From positions 372,001-436,000 of the forward strand of contig OW569356.1 of NCBI GenBank assembly GCA_937625935.1: a stretch of 64,000 nucleotides of DNA, given 5' to 3'. Made by a program: the position numbers and the translations under genes. This document shows positions 23,486 through 34,583 of the stretch, piece after piece. This DNA is from Tetramitus jugosus. Lineage: Eukaryota > Protista > Heterolobosea. How positions within the stretch are numbered: the first letter of the stretch is position 1; every line of letters begins with the position of its first letter. The notes beneath the pieces were generated by a model that saw only the letters and a list, made by a program, of their open reading frames with translations, did not search any database and was not told where the DNA came from.

Positions 23486-25651
23486 ATGAGTGATTTTAAT
23501 CTACCTATTGAGCTACTGTCTGAAATATCCTCCTTCTGGGATGTGAAATACCTTGTTCGATTTCTGACTCAGATCCATAACAAGTCACTCATTGCCTACG
23601 TGTGCGAGGAGAGTGATTCGTTCAATGAGCTTGTTTTGGACTTTGATTGCGATATCAATTCAAACACTTGTTTTTTGTCTCAGATGGCCAATCTCGTTCT
23701 CTTTATCACTGCCGCCAAAAGCAGTTGTAAAGTGTCAGCGGAGAAATATTTTCAAGCTGTTCAGAGCACCAGTAGCTCTCCAGCAACACAACGACAAGAA
23801 GGAGATGAAGGAGATGAAGAATTGGATTGTAGGGCGTCGTCTACAAAGAAACCATGCTCGATTCAAGTGAGAAACATGGGAGCTTATCAACTGAAATACC
23901 TGGTCAAGTTTAGTGAAGTGTTGTGCAAGATTCGAAGAGTTTCATCTCTGTTGTTTGAGGACCCATCCATTGCGAACGCTGTTTCCTTGAGTTACAGTTT
24001 GATTGAGCAAATTTCAAACTCTCCTCGCTTGTCAATGAGTTTGGATTCTGTGCGGTATCGAACTTCGAATTGCCATTATCAAGGAGCCAGTTGGTTGTAC
24101 TTTCAAACGAGACCGGATGAGTACACTACATCGCCAAATGTGTTGACCAATAGAACTGTGTGCATGAACCGGCTAAAGCATTGGGACTTTAGTTATGTGT
24201 TTGGTTACTATAATCAAACTGTAAACTATCAGCCAGTGTTACTCCCGAGTTTGGAGTCCATCCAGTTGGCAGGGAAAGATTTTCAAGGATTTTTGAACTA
24301 TGATCAGTTTCAATACCAGAAATGGCTTCCAAACATTAGGAAACTTTCTCTGTTGAATTTAACGACTGATGTCATTACGAGAAGTACAATCTCAAAATAT
24401 GTCATGCCTGAAAACCTCAATGTTCTGTCATTGAAGCAAATGGACTTCACACCTAAGCAACTTTCAGATCTGATCAGTCTGTTCCCCAATTTGAGCACTC
24501 TCGAGTTTACTGTGACAACATCCAAGACGACAGGAGATGCCTTTGATTTCCTATCTTCATCTATCCGACATCGTAATTTACGACATTTAGCTCTGGGTAG
24601 TCACGCAATCAGCAACGCTGATATCGAATGCTTACCAGAGGTATTCCCAAATATCGAGTCACTGACAATACTTAATGCTTTACCAAAGGTTCATGCTGCG
24701 AGCTTTGGTAAATTAGCTCGTATGAACAAACTATTACGATTGAATTTGTCAAGGTGTCCTACATTTGATGCGGAATCATTTTGCTCAATATTCAGTAGTT
24801 CTCCTCTGATGCTGAGACAACTCGTAGAACTCTCGCTGTACATCAAGTCGGATGACTCATCGATTGTTACTGAACTCGGACGAGTGGTTCATTTACTCTC
24901 TTCGTTACGTCACATCTCATTTAGAGGTCGTATCAAAAGAGTAAGAAGGGAGCTACAAAGATTGCTCTCAAAAATGGATCTTTGTGTCAACTTTGTAACT
25001 ACACATGTGAACGTGACAAACCTGTATGTCGCTGAGGATGTAGATGTAGAGAACACAGAACAATGTTCAGAAAACTGTATTGACAACAAGTGTGGATGTC
25101 AAAGAAAACCTTGTGTTTCTTGCAGTATCTTTGTTCCCTCATGTTGTCAGTTAGATCACGAGTTTGTGTGTAGTCGAAGAACACACACGGACTATACTAT
25201 CAATTGCCCTACTTGTGGAGATACTCTAAAGCGAGATGCATACCACGAGCATATGAATGAGTATCATCTTGAGAGCACAGGAGCTACTAACAGACAAGGT
25301 AGAAGTGACACGACATTTTGGAGATGCCCAATGAGGGGTTGCTCTTGCACTATTTCAATTCCTACCTATCCAGTTGCATCTCTGTTGCTTCGATTGGGTC
25401 GGGCAAAGGTATCTCATTTGTATCACGAGTGTCAATTCAATCTAGTGTATGACATTCTTAGTGAATCATTCAAAACGATGTGTGAACTGGGCATTGATCG
25501 AAGTGAGAACAACCAAGAGATTATCAGTGTTGAACATATCAAGAATCTACACCAACGATACCAACCACAATTTCATGAATTGATATCCAAGGCGAATCCC
25601 TTTGCTAAGTATTTCAAGAGTGTGGATGAGGCTAGAAGACGAAGGTGGTAA
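23486..25651 (+). CDS. F-box/LRR protein with C-terminal Cys/His zinc fingers
   Basis: N-terminal F-box LPIELLSEISSF; LRR-like units (FPNLSTLEF, FPNIESLTI); CPTC..H..H and CPMRGC..H..C clusters. Confidence 0.7.
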   Translation: MSDFNLPIELLSEISSFWDVKYLVRFLTQIHNKSLIAYVCEESDSFNELVLDFDCDINSNTCFLSQMANLVLFITAAKSSCKVSAEKYFQAVQSTSSSPATQRQEGDEGDEELDCRASSTKKPCSIQVRNMGAYQLKYLVKFSEVLCKIRRVSSLLFEDPSIANAVSLSYSLIEQISNSPRLSMSLDSVRYRTSNCHYQGASWLYFQTRPDEYTTSPNVLTNRTVCMNRLKHWDFSYVFGYYNQTVNYQPVLLPSLESIQLAGKDFQGFLNYDQFQYQKWLPNIRKLSLLNLTTDVITRSTISKYVMPENLNVLSLKQMDFTPKQLSDLISLFPNLSTLEFTVTTSKTTGDAFDFLSSSIRHRNLRHLALGSHAISNADIECLPEVFPNIESLTILNALPKVHAASFGKLARMNKLLRLNLSRCPTFDAESFCSIFSSSPLMLRQLVELSLYIKSDDSSIVTELGRVVHLLSSLRHISFRGRIKRVRRELQRLLSKMDLCVNFVTTHVNVTNLYVAEDVDVENTEQCSENCIDNKCGCQRKPCVSCSIFVPSCCQLDHEFVCSRRTHTDYTINCPTCGDTLKRDAYHEHMNEYHLESTGATNRQGRSDTTFWRCPMRGCSCTISIPTYPVASLLLRLGRAKVSHLYHECQFNLVYDILSESFKTMCELGIDRSENNQEIISVEHIKNLHQRYQPQFHELISKANPFAKYFKSVDEARRRRW

Positions 25652-25714
25652 ACACTTTTGATTTGTGGAGTTGTGTCACAATAAATCTCAATTAAGACAA
25701 CTTTACTGTATTGG

Positions 25715-26869
25715 TTAGGGTTTGGTATTGTACAAGAAGTTCGTAAGTGTTAGTGAAGAGTTTGTTGTTCTTGCTCGATGATAGTTGTACATCTTGGCTT
25801 TCTCAAAGTGCTCATTGTTTGCTGCTCGGATCGATTTCTCATACTGGGCTCTCTCCTGCTTGAGAGTTCTCACATCTACAGCTGATCCCTGTGGGGCAGG
25901 TGGACATATTCCGCCACTGAATTCATACTTGATTTCTGCAGAGTGATCTTTTGGTCTTAGGTCAGTCTTTGTTTTCAGTCCTCTCTTGACACTGTCTGAG
26001 GATTCATTTCTAGATAGCAGCACTGTTGGATTGCGAGTGAATTCAGAAGATTGGGATTCTGTTCTGGCTTTTCTGGTGAAGATAACTTGATTCTCGCCTG
26101 AAGTCTTCTCCTTGATTTTCTTGACCGAAGGTTTAAACTTCATCTCCTCTGAAGCAATTCCAGCGATAGGATCCTTCAAGACAACAGGAGCAGCTCTAGC
26201 TCTCTCACTATAGTAAATGTCCTTCAATATTCTCCTTTCCGAGTCTTTATCATCTGGTATGTGCTCCATTTCAATCTTACGTCGAGTGGCCGGGGTAGGT
26301 GGTTTCTGTAATGCTGATGGTTTACCAGCTCTCATATCTTGATCTGATTTTGATTGCATCGCCTTTCTGTTCATTGATTGTTTCTCTGATTTAACCCGAT
26401 CTGTGTATTCTGGCACCGGTTTTCTCGTAAACTTGTGCACATATTCATCCGATGTTGTTTTGTTCACATGTTGCCGTTTAGGAGGGGTTATGATCTGCTC
26501 AGACTCTGTAAACATGTTATATCTACGAGCGGGTCGAGATGGAACATACGAATCATCAATCACAGAAGAATTAAACTGGGAATGAGAAGTAGACTCCTTG
26601 TTCATCATTTCACCAGAGTAGATTGGCGTATGTTGAAGAAATTGTTGTCTGACTGAAGAGGAGGCAGTTACACTGGACTTGAGTCCGTAACTGATGTTAG
26701 AACTCTCTTGTGTTGCGATGGGTGGCTTAAACCGGGTTTGACTCTTTGCAGAATCTCTAACTGTTGGTTTTCCTGCTGAATGTACCTCTGAAGCTCTTGA
26801 CGAAGCAGGTGGTTGAAAGGAAGGATGCAAAATCTTGTACATCTCAGATGACTGATTAGTGATCGACAT
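25715..26869 (-). CDS. Hypothetical low-complexity basic protein
   Basis: ORF of about 385 aa from ATG 26869 that fills the intergenic space; no recognised domain. Confidence 0.6.
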   Translation of the reverse strand: MSITNQSSEMYKILHPSFQPPASSRASEVHSAGKPTVRDSAKSQTRFKPPIATQESSNISYGLKSSVTASSSVRQQFLQHTPIYSGEMMNKESTSHSQFNSSVIDDSYVPSRPARRYNMFTESEQIITPPKRQHVNKTTSDEYVHKFTRKPVPEYTDRVKSEKQSMNRKAMQSKSDQDMRAGKPSALQKPPTPATRRKIEMEHIPDDKDSERRILKDIYYSERARAAPVVLKDPIAGIASEEMKFKPSVKKIKEKTSGENQVIFTRKARTESQSSEFTRNPTVLLSRNESSDSVKRGLKTKTDLRPKDHSAEIKYEFSGGICPPAPQGSAVDVRTLKQERAQYEKSIRAANNEHFEKAKMYNYHRARTTNSSLTLTNFLYNTKP

Positions 26870-27018
26870 GGTAGGGGTACTTGCTTTGGTAGTATGATGC
26901 AATTCAGTCGTCAAGCTATCTCTCCGATAATGTCAAGTTTTGTGTAAGGGAACGTAACGGCTCGAGTCGATGGCGGAGCGGAGAGAAACAGTGGGGATGT
27001 ACGAATTTGACATCGGCA

Positions 27019-28140
27019 TTATTTCTGATTCGATTTATGAGTAGTTGATTTGGAGAGGGGCTTGAACTGATGAGATTGGGTCATTGCATTGTCAGAGCCA
27101 GACACACCGACCTTTCCCTGCAGTGACGAAGGAGATTTGAACATACTCTCTCGCTTCACTCCCTTCTTGTCCTTGTTCATAAACGATTGCCAGCTACTCG
27201 AACGTTTCTGAAGTTCTTCATCGGCCTTACTAGGCTTCCTTGGCCCTCTCTTCTTCTTCTTCTGAGGTGGTTGCTCCTGTTGTTGTGCATCCGAGCCTTC
27301 TGGTTCTTTGCGTTTTTGACCTGTTATCGCATCACCACCACTAACAGCAGACGTCGTTTTTGAATCAGTATCCTGTCCTGGTTTCCTCTTTGTCTTGTAA
27401 GCATGTTGCTTATTACTGTACTTTGGTTGATACACGTGTTCATGAGCTCTCAGTCGTATCAATGGAAAAGGCACTTCCTGAGTTCCCAGTTGTTGTTGCG
27501 ACGATCGAAACGATACCCAACATGATTCATTCTCAGTGGACACGGACTCGATCACTGCTTCATAAAAATTTTGATCCAGGTTGTGAACAGCGTAGACACG
27601 CGCTCCAGGGTGCAAGTACTCCAACGGTACGTGCTCATACTTTTTAATGTTCCATTTCTCTGGTTGGAGAACATCACTGTTGCCATAACCGACATAGGTG
27701 ACATGATAGCTCACATTGTCCAATGTATATGATTCCTGAGGAATAGGAGGAGAAGAGTGTTGTTGTTGTTGTTGTTGTTGTAATTGTGATGATAAGGTTG
27801 GTGGTGCACCAGTCGTAGGTAGGATGACTTGATTCACTTTAGCTACATACCATAATCCTTCATATAGACCATACACGTAGTCACCTTGTTGAAATTTGGG
27901 TGTTGTTGTTGTTGTTGTTGGTGGTGATGCATTTGGGTGTTGTTGTTCTTCTTCTTCTGAGGTTGTTGTTGCTGTTGTTGAGTGAAGTTGGATGAGTTGT
28001 TGGGTTAGCTTAATGGCATTTTGGATGTCTTGTGATAGCTTATGATACGTTTCATAGTCGTTTGTGCCTGGGTTCAATTGGGACAACACTGATTCCACTT
28101 GTTCAAGTTGTTGCTGGTATTGATCAAGCTGTTGTTCCAT
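27019..28140 (-). CDS. SMNDC1: SPF30/SMNDC1-like Tudor splicing factor
   Basis: N-terminal YQQQLEQVE..L helix, two Tudor-like units (GLWYVAKV..YVGYGN; FYEAVIE) and the C-terminal WQSF...SMFKSP...GKVGVSGS signature. Confidence 0.85.
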   Translation of the reverse strand: MEQQLDQYQQQLEQVESVLSQLNPGTNDYETYHKLSQDIQNAIKLTQQLIQLHSTTATTTSEEEEQQHPNASPPTTTTTTPKFQQGDYVYGLYEGLWYVAKVNQVILPTTGAPPTLSSQLQQQQQQQHSSPPIPQESYTLDNVSYHVTYVGYGNSDVLQPEKWNIKKYEHVPLEYLHPGARVYAVHNLDQNFYEAVIESVSTENESCWVSFRSSQQQLGTQEVPFPLIRLRAHEHVYQPKYSNKQHAYKTKRKPGQDTDSKTTSAVSGGDAITGQKRKEPEGSDAQQQEQPPQKKKKRGPRKPSKADEELQKRSSSWQSFMNKDKKGVKRESMFKSPSSLQGKVGVSGSDNAMTQSHQFKPLSKSTTHKSNQK

Positions 28141-28224
28141 TGGTGATCGTGTTTTTTTTGCGCGCGTTTTGTTTGTTTACTGTGTTTTTTGTGTTGTTGA
28201 ATTGGGAAGGGATGAAGCGAAAGA

Positions 28225-29732
28225 ATGGAAGCTAGTAGTAAGGAGAAATTGAGAACAATAGAGTCTTCTTTTGGACCTTGTGGCAAATCAAAGATTCTTT
28301 CCTCTTTTCAGAGTACTTGCATCACCAGTTCCTGTAGGGAGATTGAACGATTTATCAAGGAAAATGCAAAGCAACGGAGTGTTTCGAAAGCTCGTTTAGC
28401 GTTGGAAGATGGTCATGGAATGTATCAAATAATGATGCGTACGTTTAGAGAAGAATATGAGCTGTTGGTGAAGGGAATGAGTGAAAAAGAAGAGTTGAGG
28501 CATCGAATCATAGTTCTTCAAGGGTTGCAACACCATGCAGCACATTCGTTGGTGAAGTTCGAAGAAGTATTTGCGGAACATGCACACTGTGTGACTGATG
28601 AAAATGATACACTTCTCAAACAGGTGATATTTTCATTCTTATCGACCCATTTGTCTCGGCCCATTGTTTCGCTGTTTACTGGGCTGCTTGAGCAGCAAAT
28701 ACTGTTCTGGAGTAAGTGTGAAGTTAGGACAAGAACCATTTTGAAGTATCTTTTATGTGGCATGTCAGGATCTATGGTTTCGAGCAGTAGAGTTGTGGAT
28801 GGGGTGTTTATTCCTCATTGTCAATTCGCCAAGCACTCTCCACAGGAGATGGCTTCATCCAACATTCTCTTCTTAAATCAATTAGACCGTTGCACAGACC
28901 TAAATGGAGTTGATGTTGTTTGCATAACTGAGAACTTTACAGACACCATACCGGGAAAGATGATTGTTAAGATCGATGATGATGATATGGATTTTATGCT
29001 GGATCTATTTTCGCTATGTATTGGACAAACGGGGCAGATTTCTTACGCACAACAGATAAGTAATGGTTCGTCTCTCAATCTCTTCCTTGTTCCTGAATCA
29101 AGAAAGTTTCAGACTCTCTTGATAAGAGCACCTACTCCCCAAGTTACGAGACAATATTTTGAACTGTTATCTAGTATCTTAAGACAGGTACTTGACATCG
29201 GTGGGGTTAAATCTGTTAAAGTTGTTTCCGGAGGTGGAACACCTGAAGTTCTATTGTCCAAGTACTTCGAACGAGCTTCATCTTCATTCACCGAAAATAC
29301 CTCGTAAGTAACAAGCTCAGATTCAACATTGTGAGGTTGATTTTATTACTAAGTTCTAGCTCGAATCTCAGAATACGATCGAAGGGTCATCATGTTACAG
29401 CGAAGATCTTCTCGGCGTGTTATGACAATGTTATCAAAAGAAACATTTACAACATCACTGACAAGACAAATCAGTTGGATATTTTGACTAAAATGAAAAG
29501 AGAACTCCAGGGAATAATCTCAATACAACATTCCTTCATGGGAGAGTCGTCAGAACAAACGATAGTGGATAAACTCTGGGTGTTGGATTCAGGATTGAAG
29601 TGGGGTGTCATAGATATCCTATCGCAGAAACATTCTCTGTTCGAGGAAGTCTGCATCGACTTGATAGCTGAATTCAAAGTGGACAAAGAAGCCCTGCCCA
29701 AGAAGACAACCAAAAACCTACTGTTGTCGTGA
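28225..29732 (+). CDS. Divergent group II chaperonin-like protein (MKKS/BBS6-BBS10-BBS12 type); intron 29304-29359 or -29371
   Basis: SSFGPCGKSK..TCITSS, SRVVDGV, TLLIRAP, VVSGGGTPEV and GVIDILSQK match the CCT-fold landmarks. The canonical GDGTT is degenerate (EDGHG). Confidence 0.6.
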
Positions 29733-29965
29733 ACTTCGCACGACCAACTCTTATACTCCCTCAATCATTGAATTAACATTCACTTCTTGATGCCGTAAAA
29801 ACAAACGTTGCTTTTCCGTCAAACTCCTGGAGTTGGTGTGAAACGAATGTGATGACGAAAATGGTTGGTTCAAATTTCGGACACTCGAACTTCCGTCGTT
29901 TTTCGTTGTGTTCCGAACAACTGAACAATAAAAGAGAAAAACAACGGCTGAAGGACACAGATACC

Positions 29966-30892
29966 ATGTCATCAATCACACTAAAACTAGAGCAACAAGC
30001 GAGACTAAACATTGGTCCATGCAATCCCTCGGTTCCCCCTTCCGAATACTTTAGAATGGCCGCTCAGTATTTACAACAGGCGGGACAAGCAAAGAAAGCC
30101 AATGACTTGTCCAATGCGTACCTGAACTTGATGAGTTTTTTTGTTCTGATCCAAGAGAGATTACCATCTCATCCAATGATTAACTACCCTCAGTTCCAGC
30201 AAGAGTATGCCTTCAACCTAAGCAAGTGCAATACTGTGCTCGCAACAGAGCGTGAAACTGTCAAGCAATTACTGGAGCCTAAGCAACAAGGTTTCTTGTC
30301 CAATTGGTTTGGTCCTTCTCCAACAACGCCTCCAAGGAGGGAACTACCTCCGACTCCAGTTCGTCTTCCTCCAACTCCAGTGTCTCCAATGTCACCAACT
30401 GAGCAACTCCAGTATAGAGCCATGGAGACTGTTGTGATGAATGACAAGGTCCAAGAAAGCGTAGGAAGAGGTGTTGCGAATCTGGCTACAAACGAAGAAG
30501 TTCAAGGTAAGGTGGCTGATGGAGTAGCCAATGCGGCAAGGAATAGGGGATACCAACAAGCCATCGGTAAGAGTATAGCTGAGAGTAGTGATAATGCATT
30601 GGTGAAACAAATGGCTCAAAATGAGAAAGTACAGGGTGCTGTAGGTCAAGCATTTGCTCAAACTGTTGGAAATAAGGAGGTCCAGAAAAAGATAGGCACT
30701 GCTGTCGCTACTGCCGCCACTAACAAAGAAGTACAAAAGAAGGTTGCTCAAGGATTCCTGGGTGCTGCAAGACTTGGTTGGAAAGGAGCCAAAGCTGGAG
30801 CAGGACTAGCGGTCAAGGGCGGAACACTAGCTTACAGTGAGTATCAGAGACAACAAGAAGAAGAAGCAAACAATCAGGTGGCACAAGAGTAG
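29966..30892 (+). CDS. USP8-dimerisation/MIT-like domain protein with helical repeats
   Basis: YFRMAAQYLQQA...DLSNAYLNLMSFFVLIQERLPSHP resembles the N-terminal domain of AMSH/USP8; Pro-rich linker; repeats of the form N-x-x-VQ-x-x-V/I-G/A. Confidence 0.65.
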   Translation: MSSITLKLEQQARLNIGPCNPSVPPSEYFRMAAQYLQQAGQAKKANDLSNAYLNLMSFFVLIQERLPSHPMINYPQFQQEYAFNLSKCNTVLATERETVKQLLEPKQQGFLSNWFGPSPTTPPRRELPPTPVRLPPTPVSPMSPTEQLQYRAMETVVMNDKVQESVGRGVANLATNEEVQGKVADGVANAARNRGYQQAIGKSIAESSDNALVKQMAQNEKVQGAVGQAFAQTVGNKEVQKKIGTAVATAATNKEVQKKVAQGFLGAARLGWKGAKAGAGLAVKGGTLAYSEYQRQQEEEANNQVAQE

Positions 30893-31119
30893 GATTCTCT
30901 AATGAACTTAGTAGTATGCTTCTTGAGTGTATGATTTTTTAATAGATCTCGTATAAAATGCGATAACAATCCGGCTGAGTAGAGTCTTGTTGAAGTGAAG
31001 TTGTCAGTTTATTGGATACTTACAAAGTTCTCAATGAAAAGCAGTTCTCCAGGGTGTTGTTCGAGGTGTAATTTCCTCTTGATCATCAAAGTTTGAGCTG
31101 CTCTCGACAACGCTGTAAC

Positions 31120-31136
31120 TTCTAAAACTAAAAATA
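31120..31136 (+). repeat. Target-site duplication, left copy (TTCTAAAACTAAAAATA)
   Basis: Identical to 32926-32942 and directly abuts the T25 tail. Confidence 0.93.
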
Positions 31137-32925
31137 TTTTTTTTTTTTTTTTTTTTTTTTTAATACAACCATTTCGGTTGCTCACTTTATTCTCAATACA
31201 TTTTCATCAGCCATCGCTCTTTGAGCGATGGCTCTTGGTCGTCTGATTAATTCCCAATGACGCTCGCAGAGCGTCATTGCTGTTGTTTCGCTTTTGTTGC
31301 GGTGAAGAGGTGAAGGAGAGTCGTGAGACATCTCCGTTTCACCCCATTCACAAAGGTTCTTGCTTTCTTACCGGCTTCTGTTGTTTTGATCCCAGTCGCT
31401 ACCAGTCCGTTGGTGACCTCTTCGGTGGCGTTTGTTTCTATGCCCATCATACCCTTCAGAAATTCTCTACTCGTCCGTCGCAAAGGACGCCTTTCCATCT
31501 TGCCATCCTTCAGTCGCACATTATCGAACCATATGTCGATACAGGACACACCCATGCTGGTAAGCTCCTTACTGACTGTCAAGGCTAGACATCTTCTTGC
31601 ATACACAGCCCTTGAGCATCGAATAAGGCAGTGCAGCACACTTTCGGGTTCTTTGTTACACCAGACACACATCGAGGGCTCGGTGCCAGTGTTATAAAGA
31701 CACCGAACAACTTCCTCCGTGTGGAGAGTACCACTTCTGACTTGAAGCTGGAACCATTCCAGCCTTCTGTCAACAACGTGTGGGTACTTGAGAAAGCTGA
31801 AGTCTGCGCCGCTGTAGTTGGCATCTTTTTGAATCCACCAACGCTCGCTCGTCTCTACACGTGCATTTCTCTCCTGATCAAACAGGGACTGCAGGTGTTC
31901 TCTACTCTCGACTCTGAGGTTACCCTTGTACAGAGCAGGTTCATTTTTAGTGGAGTTTTGGCTTATGGGACACTGACAGGTCCTCATTTGCGCCATCAAA
32001 ATGTTCAGTATTTGGTGCGATTTTGCACCTATCCTACATTTTGGGAATAGTTTCTTGAATTCTTTGAAACAGATGGGATGTTCCTCTACAAGCAGTTGAT
32101 TGCGGCTGACTATACCTGAGAGGTAGAGTTTTTTGAGGATGGTGGATGGTACGTACCTTGCCAATCTACACTCATCACACTGCGTAGTTGTACCTACAGT
32201 TAATCTGATCCCATGTACATGCATCCTGATGGCACACCACTTGTGGTAAGTTGACACGACATACTCGAGTCTGTTGCTTGACTGAAATACATTCTCTTGT
32301 TGGAATGTTTGGTGGAGCTTGATGTCCTCAAGCGTGTCAAGGAACAGCCTACGAGCTTCAGTGTCTCTCTTACCGTTGATCATTGAGAACACAAACCATC
32401 CAGTCTGCGTCGCAATTGTCTCTTCAATGTCCTTTAGTCCTACTGACCCGAGCTCAAAGCCGATGGACAGCAGCTCAGTCGGGAACCTCTTCATTGCCTT
32501 CGACCCGAACTTCACTAATGATCTTCCCAGTGCATTAACTTTGTTCAACCACTCAGCTGTCCAGTCAGTAAACTCTGATGCATAAGCGAATATAGGATGG
32601 ATGCACGTGTTCACCACCCGACTCACTTGTCTTGCGGTGAGTCTCATTACTTTGAGCCGAACAACCACCCTCTGTGCCTTTTGCCACGCTTGTTCTCTCT
32701 GTTTCTGGGTTGCACCCTTGAGATTCGTGTACAGACCCAGCGCACGAAACACCTGCCTGTTGTTTCTCCCCACCACCTTTGTGCCATCCACAGTAATGTC
32801 GTTCGATGACTTATTGTCCACTTTTCTGACGTAAAGTTCCAACTTGTCAGGATGCATTGTCATTCGGAGCCAACCCAAAGCGGTAGACATTGCTTTGGCG
32901 GCAATTTCAATGTCCTCCCTGGATT
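31137..32925 (-). mobile_element. 5'-truncated non-LTR (L1-clade-like) retrotransposon copy 2; intact frame, 17-bp TSD, A25 tail
   Basis: T25 at 31137-31161. The open frame starts just after the RT YxDD position (SREDIEIAAKAMSTALGWLRMTMHPDKL...FRALGLY) and runs through the thumb to the CCHC finger CVWCNKEPESVLHCLIRC. No RH/PD-(D/E)xK endonuclease follows the finger. Flanked by a perfect TSD. Confidence 0.95.
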
Positions 32926-32942
32926 TTCTAAAACTAAAAATA
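32926..32942 (+). repeat. Target-site duplication, right copy (positions -55..-39 relative to tRNA-Thr)
   Basis: TTCTAAAACTAAAAATA, identical to 31120-31136. Confidence 0.93.
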
Positions 32943-32980
32943 GAAATTTCAAGAGTTCTCGAGAAAATATTGAATATCAG

Positions 32981-33053
32981 GGCTCCTTAGCACAGGTGGC
33001 AGTGCGCTGTCCTAGTAAGACAGAGGTCACGAGTTCGAGTCTCGTAGGAGCCT
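32981..33053 (+). tRNA. tRNA-Thr(AGT), identical to 1225-1297
   Basis: Same 73-nt cloverleaf; T-run at ~33062. Confidence 0.96.
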
Positions 33054-33101
33054 AATTATTCTTTTGGAACTCAACAAACTAGAACAACAAAAACTAACAA
33101 C

Positions 33102-34492
33102 ATGAACGTGCTGTCGCACCACACATATGAACACTACGCCTTTAAATACCAGAATTCAGCAGACATCAGGTTACACACATTGGACCTCGGATCGCCAAAC
33201 AGCCGTATTGTACAAATGGTCGGCGGGACCAGTCACGTACTTATTCTGACAAGTGACAACCAGTTGTATGCCTGGGGGCTCATTTCCATTGATTCTGTCG
33301 TTCCCAGAAACTTGTCCGATAATGGGGCTCCGGATGGATGGTGGAAGCTGCAATCTCCGAACATGAAGCTCTGGAACACTATTGACGCGGTTGACTGTGG
33401 TGGTTTCTACTCTCTTGCACTTGTGAACCATGGTAGAGAGTTGTGGGGAGGTGGTAGTAGCTCCATGGGCGAGTTTGGCAACTCAGTGGTCAATAGCCAC
33501 GATTGGACATTGTTGCTCAATGTGGACAACCTGGTTGACAAGTGCCAGCAACATAACATTCTGTTTCCCCTGCGATCACCCATTGACTTCTTGACCAACA
33601 ATCCGAGTGATGGATCTGACAATCAGAGACATCACAGGATCACTCATATGAGTGCTGGCTATTACTTTTGGATTGTTGTACTCGATAATCGCTATATTTT
33701 TACATGTGGAGAACAGCGCGGGAAGCAATTGTGTCGTGATCGTCAAGATGCGGAGTCCAGTGAATACCAACTTATTAGTGAACAAGGAATGCTCAATGGA
33801 AAGATAATTAAGGAAGTACGTGCAGGATTCAGATATTGGATGGTGTTGACCACTGATAACCAATTGTATAGTTGTGGTGAGAATTCTTATAATCGTAAGT
33901 AGTGGTTATTGATTTCTGGAGTATCCTTTAGTTTTACTTTGTTTCGTGCTCATTTTTTTCCTGTTTACAAAATGAAGAATTGGGAGTTTTGGTAGATAAC
34001 GAAAGGTTACTACATCATGTTGACCTGAGCCATTCAATACCTAACTATCCCGTGTCCACTATTCGATCTCTGCTCGTCACTAAGAATAGTTACTTTACCT
34101 CTGCATTTTTGACCACTGATGCAAAAGTGTATAGTACAAGTGGATCTGAGATGACTCATGTGGGGAACTCGTCCTTCGCTGTCACAAAGGAGACATTTAT
34201 CACTCCAGGTGATATGATACAATACACCAATAGCTACACGATGTCAGTATTTGTTATTAATGGAATAGAAGCGTACTCATACCACAGAGGTGGAGATATC
34301 CTCTCCCCAATGGATTTGTCCCATTATAAACTTGAACGTGGCAACAGGGAAATCCTTGGCATCTACTGTGGATACTATGGAGACATGAATATTCTTGTTG
34401 GAAAACCTGCCTCTCATCTTCATCGACACTTTAGTTTGATGTCAAGAGCTAGAAAGGCCTACATGGATGTTGAAATCCTCACTGCTCATTAA
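33102..34492 (+). CDS. RCC1/BLIP-II repeat protein (intron 33895-33977)
   Basis: GGTSHVLILTSDNQLYAWG and AGFRYWMVLTTDNQLYSCGENSYN|QLG; splicing GTAAGT...AAG restores the RCC1 QLG motif. Confidence 0.8.
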
Positions 34493-34583
34493 ACCCCTGT
34501 ATTGTTCCCCATCCATCGCATTACAACTTCTCAAAAAAAAACTGCAAAATTTTCCGCCAATTCACACACACAAAAACAACAAA

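Noticed and set aside
31274-31700. R2-like restriction-endonuclease (RLE) element
   Set aside because: No RH or PD-(D/E)xK motif follows the CCHC finger, which fits the APE-type L1-clade layout better; the APE itself is lost by truncation and cannot be seen.
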